Shown here piece by piece: positions 29,349 to 39,068 of a DNA stretch of 64,000 nt; position 1 is the first letter of the stretch; every line of letters starts with the position of its first letter. Source of the stretch: a bacterium (GTDB lineage: Bacteria > Electryoneota > Electryoneia > Electryoneales > Electryoneaceae); assembly GCA_963669175.1 (NCBI GenBank), contig OY769902.1, positions 2,592,001-2,656,000 of the forward strand, read 5' to 3'. The notes under the pieces are model-generated. The model saw only the letters and a program-made list of their open reading frames with translations. It made no database searches and was not told where the DNA came from. The position numbers were made by a program, and so were the translations under genes.

Positions 29349-31532
29349 TCATCTCGCCATACTGAAGCTGTTTTCATCCAGTTTCCCGTTACGGAAAAAG
29401 AAGTGATCACCGGGATGTTCCGGGCAGGCAACAATCACTTTCCACGGAGCAACATCCGGATGATTGACAAAATCACGGTAGACCCATTCACGATCCCCGG
29501 CGTGTGTAGGCGCCCAAGCTTTGGGGTGCAATGTCTCCAGCGCGTATAGCAACCCTTCGCGCAAAGGTTCTTCGCCGTGAGTGTGACATCCCGTCACATT
29601 CATAAACGCCATGTCAATGGGCCGATTCAGGGAAGCGATGTAGTCAATCTCCGCGACATAACCATCTCGCTGGCCTTCGTTCCAGCCCGCATGGTCCCCC
29701 GCATGGAACAGCGTCACACCATCCACCTCAACCAGGAAACCCACGCCGGCATCGTTTGCTGCGATGGTGTTAATTGTGATACCGTCAAGCTCTGTCGTTG
29801 TATGTGGCGCCGTAAAAGTGTATTCCGGGCCATGATAATTCTCGCCCAGGACATCAGTTTCTTCGCGTGGCTGGTACGCTTCCGGCTGGAAACCATACAC
29901 GAATTTCACATTGTCAGCGTTTTCCGCCCAGTCGTAGGTGCCATGGTAAAAATGATCCCCATGGTGATGTGTAGCGAACACCACGACATTTTCATTCTTC
30001 AGCTCATCCGGACAGATGTACCCATTGCCAAGACACGGATTCGGCCCGGGTTCATCACGTTTCCAGTAATCGAACACGAGAAAATGATCAGCTGTTTTTA
30101 TTGCAAAGCCGCAATGTCCCAGGTACCAGACCACCATATCGCCTTTCGGCATATCGGTTGACAAGCCTTTGCATGGTGTGATGATTGACTTAGCGCCATC
30201 TGTGTCAGCGCCCAGTCTTGACAGTGCGAGAGCTGTGTTTTTTTGGCAATAGCGAGTTGCAAGTTGGAGAGCGGTGGCGCCGTTCTGGTCGCGAATATCA
30301 GGATCTGCGTCGCGTGCCACCAGCGCTTCGGCGATATCCGAATAACCGTTTATCGCAGCATAGTGTAAGGCGGTCTGGCCCTGTATGGCATCCTGCATAT
30401 CCGGATCCGCGCCGGCGTCCAGAAGAAGATCAACCGTTGTCGCGTCACCCTGCTGAGCTGCCAGCATCAGGGCGGTAAGCCCATGGTTCCCTGCGATATT
30501 CGGATCAGCGCCATGCTTGAGCAGGATCGGGACAGCATAATTGCGTCGCCAGGATAGGGCGAGTGTCAACGGAGTGTCGTTATCACGCAAGGTCAGGTTG
30601 GGATTCACTCCTGATTCCAGCAGGTATTCCAGGCCATCGGTTGAGTCTGCGTGTATCGCCCACATGATCGGGTGTTGCTGCTGTTCGGTAAGCGTGTTAA
30701 GGTCAACGCCCCGGGAAATAATCAGTTTCATGGCATCAACGCTGCTGATCCGTGCCGCGAAAAACAGGGGAGTCCAACCGTCCTCATCGACTGCGCCAGC
30801 CAGATCAGGGTGTTTTTCCAGCAGGATTGCAAGCGCCTCCACATTGCCGAACTGCGCGAAGTAATGGGCAAGGGTACGACCCTCGTCGTTGACCTGGTCC
30901 AGTTTCGCACCACGCGCCATCAGGATTTCCACAAGGTCACGCACATTGCTTTCGGCAGCGCAGATCAGCGGGGTATCCATATCCTGGTTCAAGACGTCGA
31001 TATCAACACCATGATCGATCAGCGCGAGCACACGTTCCGTCTGCCCGGACCAGGCGTACATATGTATCAGGGCATGCCCACGTTCGTTGGTCACATTGGG
31101 ATTCGCCCCGGCAGCTATCAACATATCGGCGATATCCACATTCCCCGCAATGGCCGAACTGAGCAGAGGGGTATATCCGGCGTCGTTGGGGATGTCCGGA
31201 TCCGCGCCATGTTCCAGCAGCCAGTTTGCCATATCCGGGAAACCGTAAAAACCTGCGCCATGCAGGGATGTGCTGCCGTTGCTGGATTTGGTATTGATAT
31301 CTGCGCCCTGCTTCAACAGGTAAGCCGCTACCTCGATCTGTCCACGATAGCAGGCGCGGTTGAACGGTGGTTTCCCGTTTTCGTCAAGTTGATACAGCAG
31401 TGAAGGATCTTCGGCGAGAAGTTGCTTTACAGTTTCAAGATCACCTGTTTCGGCAGCGACATGGATTTGAACGGCAAAGACAGCAGAAACAGAGATTAGC
31501 AGGCTAAGAATGATCACGGCAAGACGCTTCAT
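29349..31532 (-). CDS. Secreted ankyrin-repeat protein fused to a C-terminal metallo-beta-lactamase-fold hydrolase
   Basis: Signal peptide (..AVFA|V), about 13-14 G.TPL/LL..GAD.N ankyrin repeats, then YLGHCGF, THHHGDH, FHAGD and PTH. Confidence 0.85.
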   Translation of the reverse strand: MKRLAVIILSLLISVSAVFAVQIHVAAETGDLETVKQLLAEDPSLLYQLDENGKPPFNRACYRGQIEVAAYLLKQGADINTKSSNGSTSLHGAGFYGFPDMANWLLEHGADPDIPNDAGYTPLLSSAIAGNVDIADMLIAAGANPNVTNERGHALIHMYAWSGQTERVLALIDHGVDIDVLNQDMDTPLICAAESNVRDLVEILMARGAKLDQVNDEGRTLAHYFAQFGNVEALAILLEKHPDLAGAVDEDGWTPLFFAARISSVDAMKLIISRGVDLNTLTEQQQHPIMWAIHADSTDGLEYLLESGVNPNLTLRDNDTPLTLALSWRRNYAVPILLKHGADPNIAGNHGLTALMLAAQQGDATTVDLLLDAGADPDMQDAIQGQTALHYAAINGYSDIAEALVARDADPDIRDQNGATALQLATRYCQKNTALALSRLGADTDGAKSIITPCKGLSTDMPKGDMVVWYLGHCGFAIKTADHFLVFDYWKRDEPGPNPCLGNGYICPDELKNENVVVFATHHHGDHFYHGTYDWAENADNVKFVYGFQPEAYQPREETDVLGENYHGPEYTFTAPHTTTELDGITINTIAANDAGVGFLVEVDGVTLFHAGDHAGWNEGQRDGYVAEIDYIASLNRPIDMAFMNVTGCHTHGEEPLREGLLYALETLHPKAWAPTHAGDREWVYRDFVNHPDVAPWKVIVACPEHPGDHFFFRNGKLDENSFSMAR

Positions 31533-31775
31533 GATACAGCTCCCTTCCCGGCTCGAGAAAGAATTCAGTTGTTCCATGAGGATGGGCAGTGGACCTCTTG
31601 ATCCAACAATACACAGCAAAAAGTATTCCGCTGGATTGGACAGAAACAGGAAAGGAGAAGTGTTCTAACTTGATGATAATTAAATGTATGGGTAGAGTGT
31701 CCGGTTGCGGACATGTACCAGTATGCTACTGTTTGGTTGCAGATGCGTTAGAATGAAACCGGCTCGACAAATCAA

Positions 31776-32612
31776 TCAGGGGACGAAATGGACCTGCACA
31801 GTCCGGTTGAACACAGCGCTGACAGGCTTCCCATCATAGGTGCCGGGTTTCCATTTGACGCTCCACATAGCCTGTTCAAACGTCTCGTCAAAGCCCCAGT
31901 CAGGTGGAGATACTTTTACCAATTCAACTGCTAATGGGACACCATCCGCATTAACCGTTACCCTGACATCAGCAGAGGCGGCAATGCCCTGAATCGCAGC
32001 ATCGGGCGGGTACACCCGATTTTCGTGCATATAGGTATGAACGGCACGGCTACCATCTGCAAGTTCCGGCGGGGTGAAAGAGTGACCGGGCGGCGGGGGG
32101 AACAGCCCGTAGATGAACTTTTCAGGGAATAAAAGCTGCAACGCTTCATCGGAGGTCTGGGCTGTAACGGGGCCGTGGGTCTCGCCTTCCCAGGGATTAA
32201 CCGCGTGCATTGATACCTGATCGTCGTTCCATTCGGTCAAGACAACCCAGTCTGCATCCAGTTGTTCTCCCCAAGCGATGCCAATGTCGATAGCCCAAAG
32301 GTCTGTACGCAGCGTGTCGCCTTCCCATGTCGCTACGATTTGCTCAATGGGGATAGCTTCCGCCTGTTCGAGGGCGTTTTCGGCAAGATAAACCAGGTGA
32401 TCCCAGCGTCCGTTCTGAAGGGGATACAGAGATTTCCCGCCATCGCCAGTTGGGGGAAACATGCAGATACGGTCATCCAGTGCGCGCGCCTGCCAGGCAA
32501 AGCCGAACATCAGCAGGAACAGCAGAATGGACGTTTTCCAATCAAACCTGATCTGTACAGGCAGAGCACGGATCTTGGTTGCATCTCGCGTAAGCAGTCG
32601 TTGTCCAGTCAT
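31776..32612 (-). CDS. Protein with C-terminal TonB-C domain
   Basis: YP.DA..QGI...V.V...G, FDE.....W..KWKPG...G.PV; hydrophobic signal-like segment near the N-terminus. Confidence 0.7.
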   Translation of the reverse strand: MTGQRLLTRDATKIRALPVQIRFDWKTSILLFLLMFGFAWQARALDDRICMFPPTGDGGKSLYPLQNGRWDHLVYLAENALEQAEAIPIEQIVATWEGDTLRTDLWAIDIGIAWGEQLDADWVVLTEWNDDQVSMHAVNPWEGETHGPVTAQTSDEALQLLFPEKFIYGLFPPPPGHSFTPPELADGSRAVHTYMHENRVYPPDAAIQGIAASADVRVTVNADGVPLAVELVKVSPPDWGFDETFEQAMWSVKWKPGTYDGKPVSAVFNRTVQVHFVP

Positions 32613-32618
32613 AGCGGC

Positions 32619-33398
32619 TCAGTTTTGCCAGTAAGGATCACGTTTATCCAGGAAGGAACCCATGCCTTCCTGGCCCTCTTCACTGACACGAAGATCAGCG
32701 ATCAACTGAGCAGTGTACTCTTTAACAGAGTCGATGGTTTCCTCGCCGACCTTGCGGATCAGTTGTTTGCAACGATTCAAGGCAACCGGGCCACATTGCG
32801 CAACGGCTGTGGAATAACTACGGACAACATTCTCGAAGTCACCGGGAACGGTAACCCGGTGAATCAGGCCATATTCACAGGCTTTGTCAGCGTTGAAACG
32901 ATCACCGGTGAGCATCAGTTCACGAGTTCTGCTTTCACCCAATTTCCGGATACAATAGGGGCTTATCACGGCAGGCGCCAGGCCCAGGCGTACTTCCGAA
33001 AACATGAAAAACGCGCCCTGCTTGGCGACAGCAATATCACAAGCAGCGACCAAGCCAACACCGCCACCGACTGTCGGACCATGGACTCGAGCAATCACAG
33101 GTTTGGGATGGGTGTAGATCAAGTCGAGTAACCCGGCCAACTTCATCGCGTCCTTGTAATTCTCTTCCTTGGAGTATTCCTTCATCTCGCTCATGTACTC
33201 CAGGTCGGCCCCGGCGCTGAAAGCAGGGCCTTCGCCGGTCAGTACGATGGAACGGCAGGAATGATCCAGCAACGCTTTAAAGGCGGCGGTTAAATCCTCG
33301 ACCATCTGGCTGTTAAAAGCATTTCGTTTTTCCGGCCTGTTCATCTTCACAATGGCCGTGTGATCCATGATATGCAGATCTACCGTTTCGAGATCCAT
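32619..33398 (-). CDS. Enoyl-CoA hydratase, probably methylglutaconyl-CoA hydratase (LiuC-like)
   Basis: NRPEKRNAF, FSAGADL, GGGVGLVAACD, FSEVRLGL, EG.EGM.SF..KR.P.W; close to an MCC beta subunit gene. Confidence 0.85.
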   Translation of the reverse strand: MDLETVDLHIMDHTAIVKMNRPEKRNAFNSQMVEDLTAAFKALLDHSCRSIVLTGEGPAFSAGADLEYMSEMKEYSKEENYKDAMKLAGLLDLIYTHPKPVIARVHGPTVGGGVGLVAACDIAVAKQGAFFMFSEVRLGLAPAVISPYCIRKLGESRTRELMLTGDRFNADKACEYGLIHRVTVPGDFENVVRSYSTAVAQCGPVALNRCKQLIRKVGEETIDSVKEYTAQLIADLRVSEEGQEGMGSFLDKRDPYWQN

Positions 33399-33445
33399 GA
33401 ACCAATCGCTCCCTGTGAGATTGCCGCGTGATGACCGAGGCAATC

Positions 33446-34207
33446 CTATTCAGTTATGTTTTTCGGGTTAAAGGTTGGTAATGCTACCACCATGCGCAAG
33501 CTGTAGACTAATCCACCGTTGTCGAACCGGGTCTCGTCAATCCCGCCGACCGTATCCCAGAAACTGGTCTCAGTCGTATTCAAAGCGCCTTCCAGACCTT
33601 GAGAATATTGTGACTGCCAGTTGGGATTATCGTTAAAACGAGCTTCGCCGATGGGGTATTCTATGTCAATACCAAGGCTGAAACTACCCAATACCTTGTA
33701 CTGAATGCCAACGAAAGGACCAATGAAGAACCCGTCACCTTTGAAACGATCGAAGATTCCAGGATAACCTCGATCAACAGTCACATTCAGCAGGCCGAAG
33801 CCGACACCGACCGGGAAACGGAAATTTTTGAAGCTTGCTTCGCCGAAAATTCGCGCCTGCAATTCCGTGGTGGTTATTTCGAAAACACGGTAAGTGTCAT
33901 CGACATAGGTGCCCTCGGTATCCGAACCGAAACGCATCATGACTTCAGCGCCAATCGGACCACGTTTCAATCCGAAGCCGCCACCATACCGAAAGTACGG
34001 AGTAGCGAAGACCTGTCCGAAGGCATCTTCGGCAGGATTCTGCGCCCCGGTTGTCAGGTAGATATACGGCTCGTACTTTGACTTCGGCATCTCATCAGAA
34101 CCTACCGAAGAAGATCCACTCCATGAACTCGCCCATAGGGTCGTGGAAGCCCCGAACAACATAGCGAGGATGGCGACAAGGCTGCACACCCGTTTACACA
34201 GTCTCAT
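33446..34207 (-). CDS. Probable outer-membrane beta-barrel protein of unknown function
   Basis: Signal peptide and alternating Gly/aromatic beta-strand segments (YGGGFGL, VGVGFG, GPFVGIQY); AAGGAG RBS before ATG 34207. Confidence 0.6.
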   Translation of the reverse strand: MRLCKRVCSLVAILAMLFGASTTLWASSWSGSSSVGSDEMPKSKYEPYIYLTTGAQNPAEDAFGQVFATPYFRYGGGFGLKRGPIGAEVMMRFGSDTEGTYVDDTYRVFEITTTELQARIFGEASFKNFRFPVGVGFGLLNVTVDRGYPGIFDRFKGDGFFIGPFVGIQYKVLGSFSLGIDIEYPIGEARFNDNPNWQSQYSQGLEGALNTTETSFWDTVGGIDETRFDNGGLVYSLRMVVALPTFNPKNITE

Positions 34208-34409
34208 GACGTCGCTCCTTTGAAAACCCCGGCTCACACCTGCTCTGAATATAGGACTTTTTTCCTCAGCTTTCAGCTCCCGGATAAAAGTCCCGTATTT
34301 ATTGCACCAATTAACCGTGAATGCAGTTCCTCGGCATAAATAGCATCGCTTGAAAATATGTAACATTCTGTCATATCCAGCGCAGCATGCTGTCTCAGAA
34401 TAGAAAACA

Positions 34410-34610
34410 CTCTCATCCCAGCGAAGCAGACTGTCTCAGGATCACTGATGCTCTCATCCCAGCGAAGGCTGGGATCCAGGCAAGTATCGACAAAAAAACA
34501 AGTTGGATACAGAGACGACTTTCAATGGACTGCACTTCTCGAGAATACGTAACCTCTTGTAATATCGCAATATGACTAGATCCCAGCCTTCGCTGGGATG
34601 AGAGCATCAG
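34410..34610. repeat. REP-doublet (REPIN/MITE-like) element, family A, copy 2
   Basis: Perfect 32-bp inverted repeats at 34445-34476 and 34579-34610, each containing the palindrome ATCCCAGC-GAAG-GCTGGGAT; extra partial unit at 34410-34440. Confidence 0.85.
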
Positions 34611-34763
34611 AGATTCTTCGACACCTTGGCCGACGGGGACTTGTGCGCCGAGGCGTATCTACTCCATAGGCCGCACTATCCAAAGATCGTAAAAAATGGG
34701 TCATTAGCTTTACAAAATCAAGTATATAATAAATCATGTGACATTGTTATTAAAACTGATAAT

Positions 34764-34792
34764 AAAAAACGCCCCATCGGTGATGAGGCGTT
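34764..34792 (-). terminator. Intrinsic terminator after the MCC beta gene
   Basis: Minus strand reads AACGCCTCATCACCGATGGGGCG-TTTTTT. Confidence 0.7.
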
Positions 34793-34817
34793 GATATAGT
34801 ATTCGTATAACGGGCAA

Positions 34818-36428
34818 TCACATCCTGAAGATACCCATCTCCATCTCCGGGATCGTCTGGTTCAAAGATGTTTCAATACCCAGCGACAGGGCGGTACGGG
34901 TGTCACGCATGGTGATGATGCCATCATCCCACAAACGTGCTGTCGCGTAGAAGGGATGCCCTTCTTCTTCGTACTTGTCGAGAGTCGGCTGACGGAAAGC
35001 TGCCACTTCTTCTTCCGTCATCTTCGGCTTGCCCTGGGCTTCGAGCTGATCCTGCTTTACCTGCGCCAGCACATCTGCCGCCTGTTCGCCGCCCATGACA
35101 CTGATGCGTGAGTTCGGCCACATCCACATCATACGCGGGAAGTAACCACGTCCGCACATGGCGTAGTTTCCCGCGCCATAACTGCCGCCGATTACCACGG
35201 TGAACTTGGGTACATCCGCATTCGCGACTGCATGCACCATCTTGGCGCCGTCAGAAGCGATTGCGCCATGCTCGTAGTCGATGCCGACGATGAACCCTGT
35301 AATATTCTGGAGGAATAACAGCGGAATCTTGCGTTTTGCACACAGCGTCACAAAATGAGCGCCCTTCTTGCTACTCTCGCTGAACAGGACACCGTTGTTG
35401 CCCACGATTCCGACCGGATAACCCATCAGCTTGGCAAACCCGGTGACCAGGGTGGTGCCGTAACGGGCTTTAAACTCATGGAATCGGCTGCCATCGACCA
35501 GGCGCGCGATTACTTCACGAACGTCATATGGTTTCCGCAGGTCACGAGGAATCACGCCATAAAGCTCTTCCGGATCGTAATAAGGATCTTCCGGGACAGT
35601 ACGCTCCAGATCAAACTTGGGACGTGGGCCGAGATTTTCAAGAATATTCCGTGTAATCCTAAGCGCCTGTTCATCATTTTCGGCGAAGTGGTCGGATACA
35701 CCGGAAATACGAGTATGGACATCAGCGCCGCCCAGCTCTTCCGGGGTGCAGACCACACCGGTCGCTGCTTTAACTAATGGTGGCCCACCGATGAAAATGG
35801 TCCCCTGTTCCTTCACGATGATGGTTTCATCGCTCATGGCAGGCACATACGCACCGCCAGCCGTGCAGGAACCCATGACACAACTGATCTGGGGAATGCC
35901 CATCCGGCTGAGACGGGCCTGGTTATAGAAAATGCGTCCGAAGTGATCCTGGTCCGGGAATGTGCCCGCCTGTTCCGGCAGGAAGATGCCGCCCGAGTCC
36001 ACCAGGTATACGCAGGGCAGGTTGTTTTCCATGGCGATCTGCTGCGCACGGACATGCTTGCGAATGGTCATGGGGAAGTAGGTGCCACCCTTAACCGTCG
36101 CATCATTGGCAATGATCAGCGTTTCCTGGCCATGAACGACACCCACGCCGGTAATAATCCCCGCGGCAGGCGCTTCATTCTTGTACATGCCATAAGCGGC
36201 CAGTGTACTGAATTCCAGGAACGGAGAATCCGGATCAATAAGCGCGTCAATTCGTTCTCGTGCCGTCAGCTTGCCACGGTCCTTATGCCGTTGCACATAC
36301 TTCGGCGGGCCGCCCTGCTGAATTTTGTCCATTAATTCCAGGTAGTCTTTTTCCAGACGTTTGTGGTGCTCAACATTCTGTTGAAAGTCCGGATCTGCTG
36401 TGCGGATCATCGTCGGGATGCGAAACAA
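34818..36428 (-). CDS. 3-methylcrotonyl-CoA carboxylase carboxyltransferase (beta) subunit, LiuB/MccB-like
   Basis: [64 protein letters not shown]. Confidence 0.9.
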   Translation of the reverse strand: MFRIPTMIRTADPDFQQNVEHHKRLEKDYLELMDKIQQGGPPKYVQRHKDRGKLTARERIDALIDPDSPFLEFSTLAAYGMYKNEAPAAGIITGVGVVHGQETLIIANDATVKGGTYFPMTIRKHVRAQQIAMENNLPCVYLVDSGGIFLPEQAGTFPDQDHFGRIFYNQARLSRMGIPQISCVMGSCTAGGAYVPAMSDETIIVKEQGTIFIGGPPLVKAATGVVCTPEELGGADVHTRISGVSDHFAENDEQALRITRNILENLGPRPKFDLERTVPEDPYYDPEELYGVIPRDLRKPYDVREVIARLVDGSRFHEFKARYGTTLVTGFAKLMGYPVGIVGNNGVLFSESSKKGAHFVTLCAKRKIPLLFLQNITGFIVGIDYEHGAIASDGAKMVHAVANADVPKFTVVIGGSYGAGNYAMCGRGYFPRMMWMWPNSRISVMGGEQAADVLAQVKQDQLEAQGKPKMTEEEVAAFRQPTLDKYEEEGHPFYATARLWDDGIITMRDTRTALSLGIETSLNQTIPEMEMGIFRM

Positions 36429-36682
36429 GATGCCCTCCCTTGCTGGTGGTAGCGTAAGTAGCGTTTAAGACCAGTGTAGCTGAAAAGGTTTTCCAATATA
36501 GCTCTCAAGAACCGGGAACAAAAGGGAAGCGCTTGGGACATCTGAAACCATTCCTGAAATGCCGGGCTCCAGAGTAGTAGTATACCCAGCAGTCCACATG
36601 GAACCTGTCAGCATCAAATTCATAAAACGAATAGTTAAACAACCCTAACATGTAAACAAAGCTAACAAGAAGGGAGTTGGGC

Positions 36683-37270
36683 ATGCGTAGCCTGATAGCA
36701 GTATTAAGCGCCGGATTGGCGCTGTTCGTAACGGGTTTGGCTTCGGCATCAACCTGGACGATTGATCAGTCTCATTCATCGGTGGGTTTCAAGATCAAGC
36801 ATTTGATGATTTCGAATGTGTACGGTGAATTCAAGGATGTTGAAGGAAGCATTCATTACGATTCTGCCAAACCTGAGAAATCGAAGGTTGACGTCACCAT
36901 TCAGATGACCTCGATTGATACCCAGAACGAGCAGCGTGATGAGCATCTTCGTGGTACTGATTTTTTTGATGTCGCCACCTATCCGACCATGACCTATAAG
37001 TCCAAGCGAGTTGAAAAGGTTGATGGTGGGCTGAAGGTCTATGGCGAGCTGACCATGCATGGTGTGACAAAGGAAGTTGTGCTGGATGTAGAGGGGCCGA
37101 CAGATCCGATGAGTTTCATGGGCAGCACTCGTATCGGTGCGACCGCGCACACCACGCTGGACCGTCGTGACTTCGGACTGACCTGGAGCAAAGCGATGGA
37201 GACCGGTGGCCTTGTCGTAGGCAACGAGGTCAAGATTATCATTGAGCTGGAGCTGGTTAAGGCGGAATAG
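36683..37270 (+). CDS. yceI: YceI-family polyisoprenoid-binding periplasmic protein
   Basis: Signal peptide, W.ID..HS.V.F, SIDT....RD.HL...DFFD, G.LT.HGVTK, DR.DFG. Confidence 0.9.
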   Translation: MRSLIAVLSAGLALFVTGLASASTWTIDQSHSSVGFKIKHLMISNVYGEFKDVEGSIHYDSAKPEKSKVDVTIQMTSIDTQNEQRDEHLRGTDFFDVATYPTMTYKSKRVEKVDGGLKVYGELTMHGVTKEVVLDVEGPTDPMSFMGSTRIGATAHTTLDRRDFGLTWSKAMETGGLVVGNEVKIIIELELVKAE

Positions 37271-37345
37271 CACCCGGGTAAGAAAACACAACTTTTCAAC
37301 CTCGAAGCGGGTTGTATAAAGGTGAATATCCAGCGCACCGACGAA

Positions 37346-37387
37346 ACAAACCGGGGAGGATCCCAAAAGGATTGTCCCCGGTTTGTT
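37346..37387. terminator. Hairpin between convergent yceI and PhzF-family genes; probable bidirectional terminator
   Basis: AACAAACCGGGGA...TCCCCGGTTTGTT inverted repeat. Confidence 0.65.
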
Positions 37388-37412
37388 ACTTTAATAAAGT
37401 CTTGTTTGAGCA

Positions 37413-38198
37413 TTATACCCTGATCTTTCCCGTCATATAAGTAACGGCGTACCCGGCGATTTCAACCCGTCGATCCTGCAATTCGCAGAACAATTCACCG
37501 CCACGTTTTGAAATCTGCGTTGCGCGCAGCTTGTTTTTCCCCAACCGTTTTGCCCAGTAGGGAATCAGGGTGCAATGCGCTGATCCGGTCACGGGATCTT
37601 CCGGGATGCCCAGCTTGGGCACAAACACCCGTGAAACAAAATCGGCATCCTTACCCGGTGCTGTAGCGATCAGGGCGTTGCCAGGAATCTCAAGCATGGG
37701 AGGAAACTCTGGTGATAACGCAGCGATTTCCTGTTCAGAAGAGAAGACTGCCATGGTATCCAGCGTTTCCCAGGCTTCGACAGCTTCGCACTGCAGAGCA
37801 TCCTTAATCGCTTGAGATATAGGTTTCTTTTTTGCCGGGTATGCCGGGAAGTTCATGGCGTACATATCCTCACGGCGAGTAACCGGGAGCTCACCTTTGT
37901 GACGTGTGAAGAAACGAATCATTGAGTCCTTGTGTCCCAGGTGCCGGAACAGGACATGGGCTGCGGCCAGGGTGGCATGACCACAAAGCTCAATTTCGCT
38001 GGTGGGTGTGAACCAGCACAGTTCATATCCCTTTTCCACAGGTACAAAAAAGGCAGTCTCGGACAGGTTGTTTTCGTTAGCGATGGCTTGCATGATGTCG
38101 TCCGGAAGCCATGAAGCCAACGGGACAACCGCTGCTGGATTGCCTGAAAAGATGCTGTCGGTGAAAGCGTCTACCTGGTACATCGCAAGTCGGGTCAT
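37413..38198 (-). CDS. PhzF-family isomerase/epimerase
   Basis: QVDAF....F.GNPAAV, NLSETAF, FTP..E..LCGHATLA, EDPVTGSA. Confidence 0.92.
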   Translation of the reverse strand: MTRLAMYQVDAFTDSIFSGNPAAVVPLASWLPDDIMQAIANENNLSETAFFVPVEKGYELCWFTPTSEIELCGHATLAAAHVLFRHLGHKDSMIRFFTRHKGELPVTRREDMYAMNFPAYPAKKKPISQAIKDALQCEAVEAWETLDTMAVFSSEQEIAALSPEFPPMLEIPGNALIATAPGKDADFVSRVFVPKLGIPEDPVTGSAHCTLIPYWAKRLGKNKLRATQISKRGGELFCELQDRRVEIAGYAVTYMTGKIRV

Positions 38199-38346
38199 GA
38201 AAACCTCTATGAGTCAAATGCTGTATAGCGTTTCAAAGTATCACCAGTACGATACAGGAAAAGAACAGTTTATGCAAACAGATTGGTGTGAACAGGCAGG
38301 CAGATTTTTTATTGGATTCCCGAAAGTTTTGCTGATTCGAAAGTAT

Positions 38347-38552
38347 TTAGCCTGCTTCAGCAGGCTCCTCTTAGCACCCGGCTTTAGCCGGGTGGATGGA
38401 GATAACAAAAGCTATGAGCGCGCTTTAGCGTGCTTCAGCGTAAAAGAATCAATATGAATCAGGAAAGCACCCTGAAGGGCGCTCGAACCTTTGTGGTCCT
38501 TGATCCCCCGGCTAAAGCCGGGGGCTAAGAGGAGCAGGCTAAAGCCTGCTAA
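38347..38552. repeat. ~205-bp six-hairpin palindromic non-autonomous element, family B, copy 1
   Basis: Highly similar inverted copy at 63414-63618; hairpins with TTTA/TTCA and TAAA/TGAA loops. Confidence 0.85.
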
Positions 38553-39023
38553 CACAAGTAAATGTATTTTCAAAAGAGTGTAATCAGGGAGAAACAGACC
38601 CTATACGAAGCAAATGATCAGTATCAGACATATGCTAACGCCAACCTGAAACAGTAAAGACTTTCGGGAACGACTCTACTAATAAAAAAAGGTTCCTCAC
38701 AAGAATTTGTGCATCCGGGCGATGTTGTGGCAGGTCTTGACGCGACATTTCGTCTTCGACTTTTGCTGTGTTTTCTAGAATGCACAATGAGACTGAAACC
38801 ACCTCGCGCCCTGTTATTGTCGCGTTGTGACCTGCCACCTGATTCAACATTCTCGCTGTCGTCAGGTCACAACGTGATGCCTGATGACGATCCATCAAGC
38901 GAAATAGCATGTGTGAAGTCGGACAGGTGTCTGAAATTGCGGAGAAGAACGCGAAAACGGCATCACGTCAAGACCTGACGAAACGTACTCGTAGATAATA
39001 CACACAAATTCCTGTGAGCAGCC

Positions 39024-39048
39024 AAAAAAAAAGGGGCCGGTGGCCCCT
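39024..39048 (-). terminator. Intrinsic terminator after the giant gene
   Basis: Minus strand reads AGGGGCC-ACC-GGCCCC followed by a long T run. Confidence 0.8.
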
Positions 39049-39068
39049 GTAATCACACATTTCAATGT

